Source of the DNA: Nemertoderma westbladi
Lineage: Eukaryota > Animalia > Xenacoelomorpha
Reading direction: 5' to 3'
DNA: 49,741 nt
Assembly (NCBI GenBank): GCA_032718475.1
Contig: JAUCBJ010001891.1
Location: 1-49,741, forward strand
Shown: positions 46,791 to 49,741 of the stretch, in pieces
How positions within the stretch are numbered: the stretch's first letter is position 1
Layout: every line of letters begins with the position of its first letter
The notes under the pieces: generated by a model
What the model saw: only the letters and a program-made list of their open reading frames with translations
What the model was told of the DNA's origin: nothing
Database searches by the model: none
Made by a program: the position numbers and the translations under genes

Positions 46791-47416
46791 TTAAATAAAG
46801 TATGATAAAGATTGTATAAAAATAAGGTGGGGTGTGGGTTAGGGATGTCCCTTCTTATCTAAAATGACAGGTGTAATATATTATTATAATAAGCCTTTGT
46901 TGTAAGTAATGGGACTGTGTGGCAGACTTGAAAATGAAAGTTTTTATTATACATTACCGGTTGTATTCTCTGTACAGTTACTTTACTGCATTGCAGTACC
47001 GGTACGCCTATTGGTACCATTATAGTTTGTTTATTTAAGTAGAACTACCAGTTGGTTAAAACGCCATTGATACAAACCAATAACAAACAACCTAACAGAT
47101 AACTGAATACATAATATTATTAAGCTAATTACTGGTTTATTAGTTTATTTTTATGTTACATTATTACTGGAACCAAACCGCACCTAAATCTATCCGACTA
47201 CAGGGACTATGTTGTAATGGTCTATATTCTGATACCCCTAATTAGACTAATTTTAATTTCGTTCCCATGGTACCCAATATTGGCAGGAGGGAGTGAAGGT
47301 AATGTTCAGTTAATCCGCATCATATCGGTAAGTAAATTATTAATTAAATAAAATTAAATTAAATAATAATAATTAATGTAATTAATTCATTTAAGTGTTA
47401 TAATGATTATTACTTA

Positions 47417-49611
47417 TAGTCGAGTCAATCTAGCAAAAACCCATAAGTATTTCGCAATCAATCCGAACCACACAATTTTGATTCTATATTACCTTATTAA
47501 TGACCAAAAAAAGTCTACCAAATTTTATTTTGCGGATCATATGTTTATTCATGGAAATTCTGCGTAAATTTGTATAACACAAGCCAAACAAAAGGAACAG
47601 TAGGGAAAAGTAAGTAGCAAATGTTCCAGAATAATTTAATTAATTTCACAATAAGCTGTGATTCAATGGGAAAATAGTAATATTTACACTGGCGTGTTAC
47701 ACATTAATTGTTATATCTCGGAAACTAGAAGTCGCATCAAATTTTTAAATATGTGGCTGGCCACGAGAAAAGGGACCTTATGTTACCGGAGGTCGATTTT
47801 GAGTTATTAGGCCTATGAGATGCCGAATTTTCCAGAGATTTTAACAAAAAAAACGGTGTCTCAATATTTATTCCAAAAAAAGTTATAGCGATTTATGTGA
47901 AGGTGATTCGGGTAGCTCTTTTCAAATTAATTTTGTTTTAAAAAAAAATTGAAAAGGTTAATATCATAGCAATTCTTGCTATATAGTTAGGCAGGTCAAT
48001 GTTATTCGGCTTTTTATCAAACTTATAACACTTTGAAACTATTAATATTGTTAATGAACTATTAAAAAAAAAATTTGCAAAATTTTCAAAAAAACATGGT
48101 AGGCCCCTAACCAAAAAAAATTTTTTTGTTAATGTAAAATTCTTTTCATAAAATATTTTTTTTTCAAAAAATAAATTTTTTTTCAAAAAAATAAATTTTT
48201 TTTTCAAAAAATTTTACATTCTAGAACATTATCGCCCCTAGCGGTAGACTATTGAATATTACAGGCTAGAATTCATTCTCCAGTGTCATTTTATATTGTA
48301 GGTGTCTACAAAATTTCAAAACAAACGGACAGGAATTACCAAAATGACAATCAATTTACATTCTAGAACATTATCGCCTCCTAGCGGTAGACAATTGAAT
48401 ATTACAGTCTAGGATTCATTCTCCAGTATCATTTTATATTGTAGAAGGTGTCTACAAAATTTCAAAACAAACGGACAGGAATTAACAAAATGACAAGCAA
48501 TTTACATTCTAGAACATTATCGCCCCCTAGCGGTAGACTATTGAATATTACAGTCTGGGATTCATTCTTCAGTGTCACTTAATATCGCAGTAGGTGCTTA
48601 CAAAATTTCAGAACTAACTGAACAGAAATTAACAAAATGACAGCCGATATTACATTTAAAAAATAACTGTAGGCCTACCTACCCGTATTAGTACAATTTA
48701 TTAAAGTCCTAAATTCAGACATGAAAACCCTAAAACAGTGTTATATACAACACTGCAACATCTTATATTGCTTCCTGTAATTAGTTATTTCCTAGGTATC
48801 TTGAATATCAGAACCAATTTGAATTTCCCTCATCGTTTTATACATTTCTAAATTGATAATCCAATTAAATTTGTTCAAAAATAGAGGGAAACTTTAAACG
48901 CATTATCCAGAATCAGGTTTTGCGACATAAGGTCCCTTTTCTCGTGGCCAGCCACATATATCAAAAACTTCACGATATATTAAGGTAACCGTTGTAAAAA
49001 AAATTGTACAATTCCACCACAAGGAAATTTCATAATTTCCATTAATGTTAGTGAAGATTTTTCACATGATTAAATTGTTATTGCTCTATTGATTTTAGAT
49101 GTAATTTATTTATTTGTTTTAGTTTGAAAACCGCAATAGTTTATCATATAACAAATAAATTTTTTGGGGATAAGGGTTTTTGAGGTCGATAAATACGATG
49201 GGCGAGGTTACATCCACCCGTTTAGTAGAGAAGTTGTGTAAATAAGGTCCTTATATTGTACCAGCAAAATTGCTATTAAAAATGGTTAAATTATTAGACT
49301 AATTTCCGTTGCTCTGGAAACTAAATTGGTAACCATATAGAAGTGCATACTTCTGTCAATCGATAGTCATTAGAGTAAAGTTTGTCTGTACCAAATTTGG
49401 AGAAAATCCCACTAATAGACCCCTTGTTGCTATGTAAAATCCATGTTGCTAAGGAAAGAAACAGGAAATTGATGGTGATCCGCATAATATATTTTTATAG
49501 ACTTTTTGTGGGGGTATTAACAAGGTAATGTAGAATAAAATAAAATTGGTTTGGATGAATTGCGAATTTGTTATGGGTTGACCCCCTTTTTCGGCTAGAT
49601 TGACTCGCCTA
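47417..49611. mobile_element. Non-autonomous Academ-like DNA transposon with a nested insertion
   Basis: TAG...CTA ends, tagtcgagtcaatctagc versus gctagattgactcgccta, and a 3-bp TSD tta (47414-47416, 49612-49614). Confidence 0.75.
47749..48959. mobile_element. Non-autonomous DNA transposon with perfect 35-bp inverted ends, containing three ~143-bp tandem repeats (48212-48655)
   Basis: atatgtggctggccacgagaaaagggaccttatgt at 47749 and its exact complement ending 48959. Repeat unit ttacattctagaacattatcgcc..ctagcggtagac. Confidence 0.85.
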
Positions 49612-49741
49612 TTATCTATGGTACGTGGTACAGTACTGAATTAGACCCTACGCCTAATTAATTAATTTAACGTGTTTTAATAAAAGAGGTCTATTAATTA
49701 ATTACCTGTAATAATATGCCGGTCATCTTTACAGAAATCGA

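Noticed and set aside
43817-48207. Short ORFs at 43817, 44246, 44256, 45245, 45956 and 47938 (also 31416 and 31949)
   Set aside because: Under 90 aa, low-complexity or inside MITEs, with no recognisable motifs.

Overview
This is AT-rich, repeat-dense eukaryotic DNA, most likely from an invertebrate animal (inferred from the transposon families and the Roco/CARD genes). There are no prokaryotic features. (1) 1-10794 is a very young but non-autonomous Bel/Pao LTR retrotransposon. It has ~1.17-kb LTRs with one mismatch seen by eye and intact Gag, zinc-knuckle and protease motifs. RT and integrase are deleted in frame, and an extra ~3-kb 3' segment carries an LTR-like relic and an orphan ORF. (2) The main host content is a tandem minus-strand cluster of three apparently intronless Roco GTPase genes: APAF-1-like winged helix, ROC, COR, a Cys/His motif, then 2-3 C-terminal CARDs. 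Copy C (37711-41181) is intact. Copy B (20572-23943) is frameshifted and 5'-truncated. Copy A (16031-18180) has lost its P-loop and is fused in frame to a minisatellite and a LINE tail. The paralogues are mosaics of ~97%-identical blocks flanking an unalignable insert inside the ROC domain. (3) The genes sit in a segmental duplication that includes decayed spliced exons, one encoding tandem YEN/YVN motifs. The rest of the window holds minisatellites (12, 29, 30, 35, 49, 53 and 74 bp units), two inverted RTE LINE fragments, an L2-like fragment and nested non-autonomous DNA transposons. All domain and family calls are by motif recognition only, and identities are by-eye estimates.
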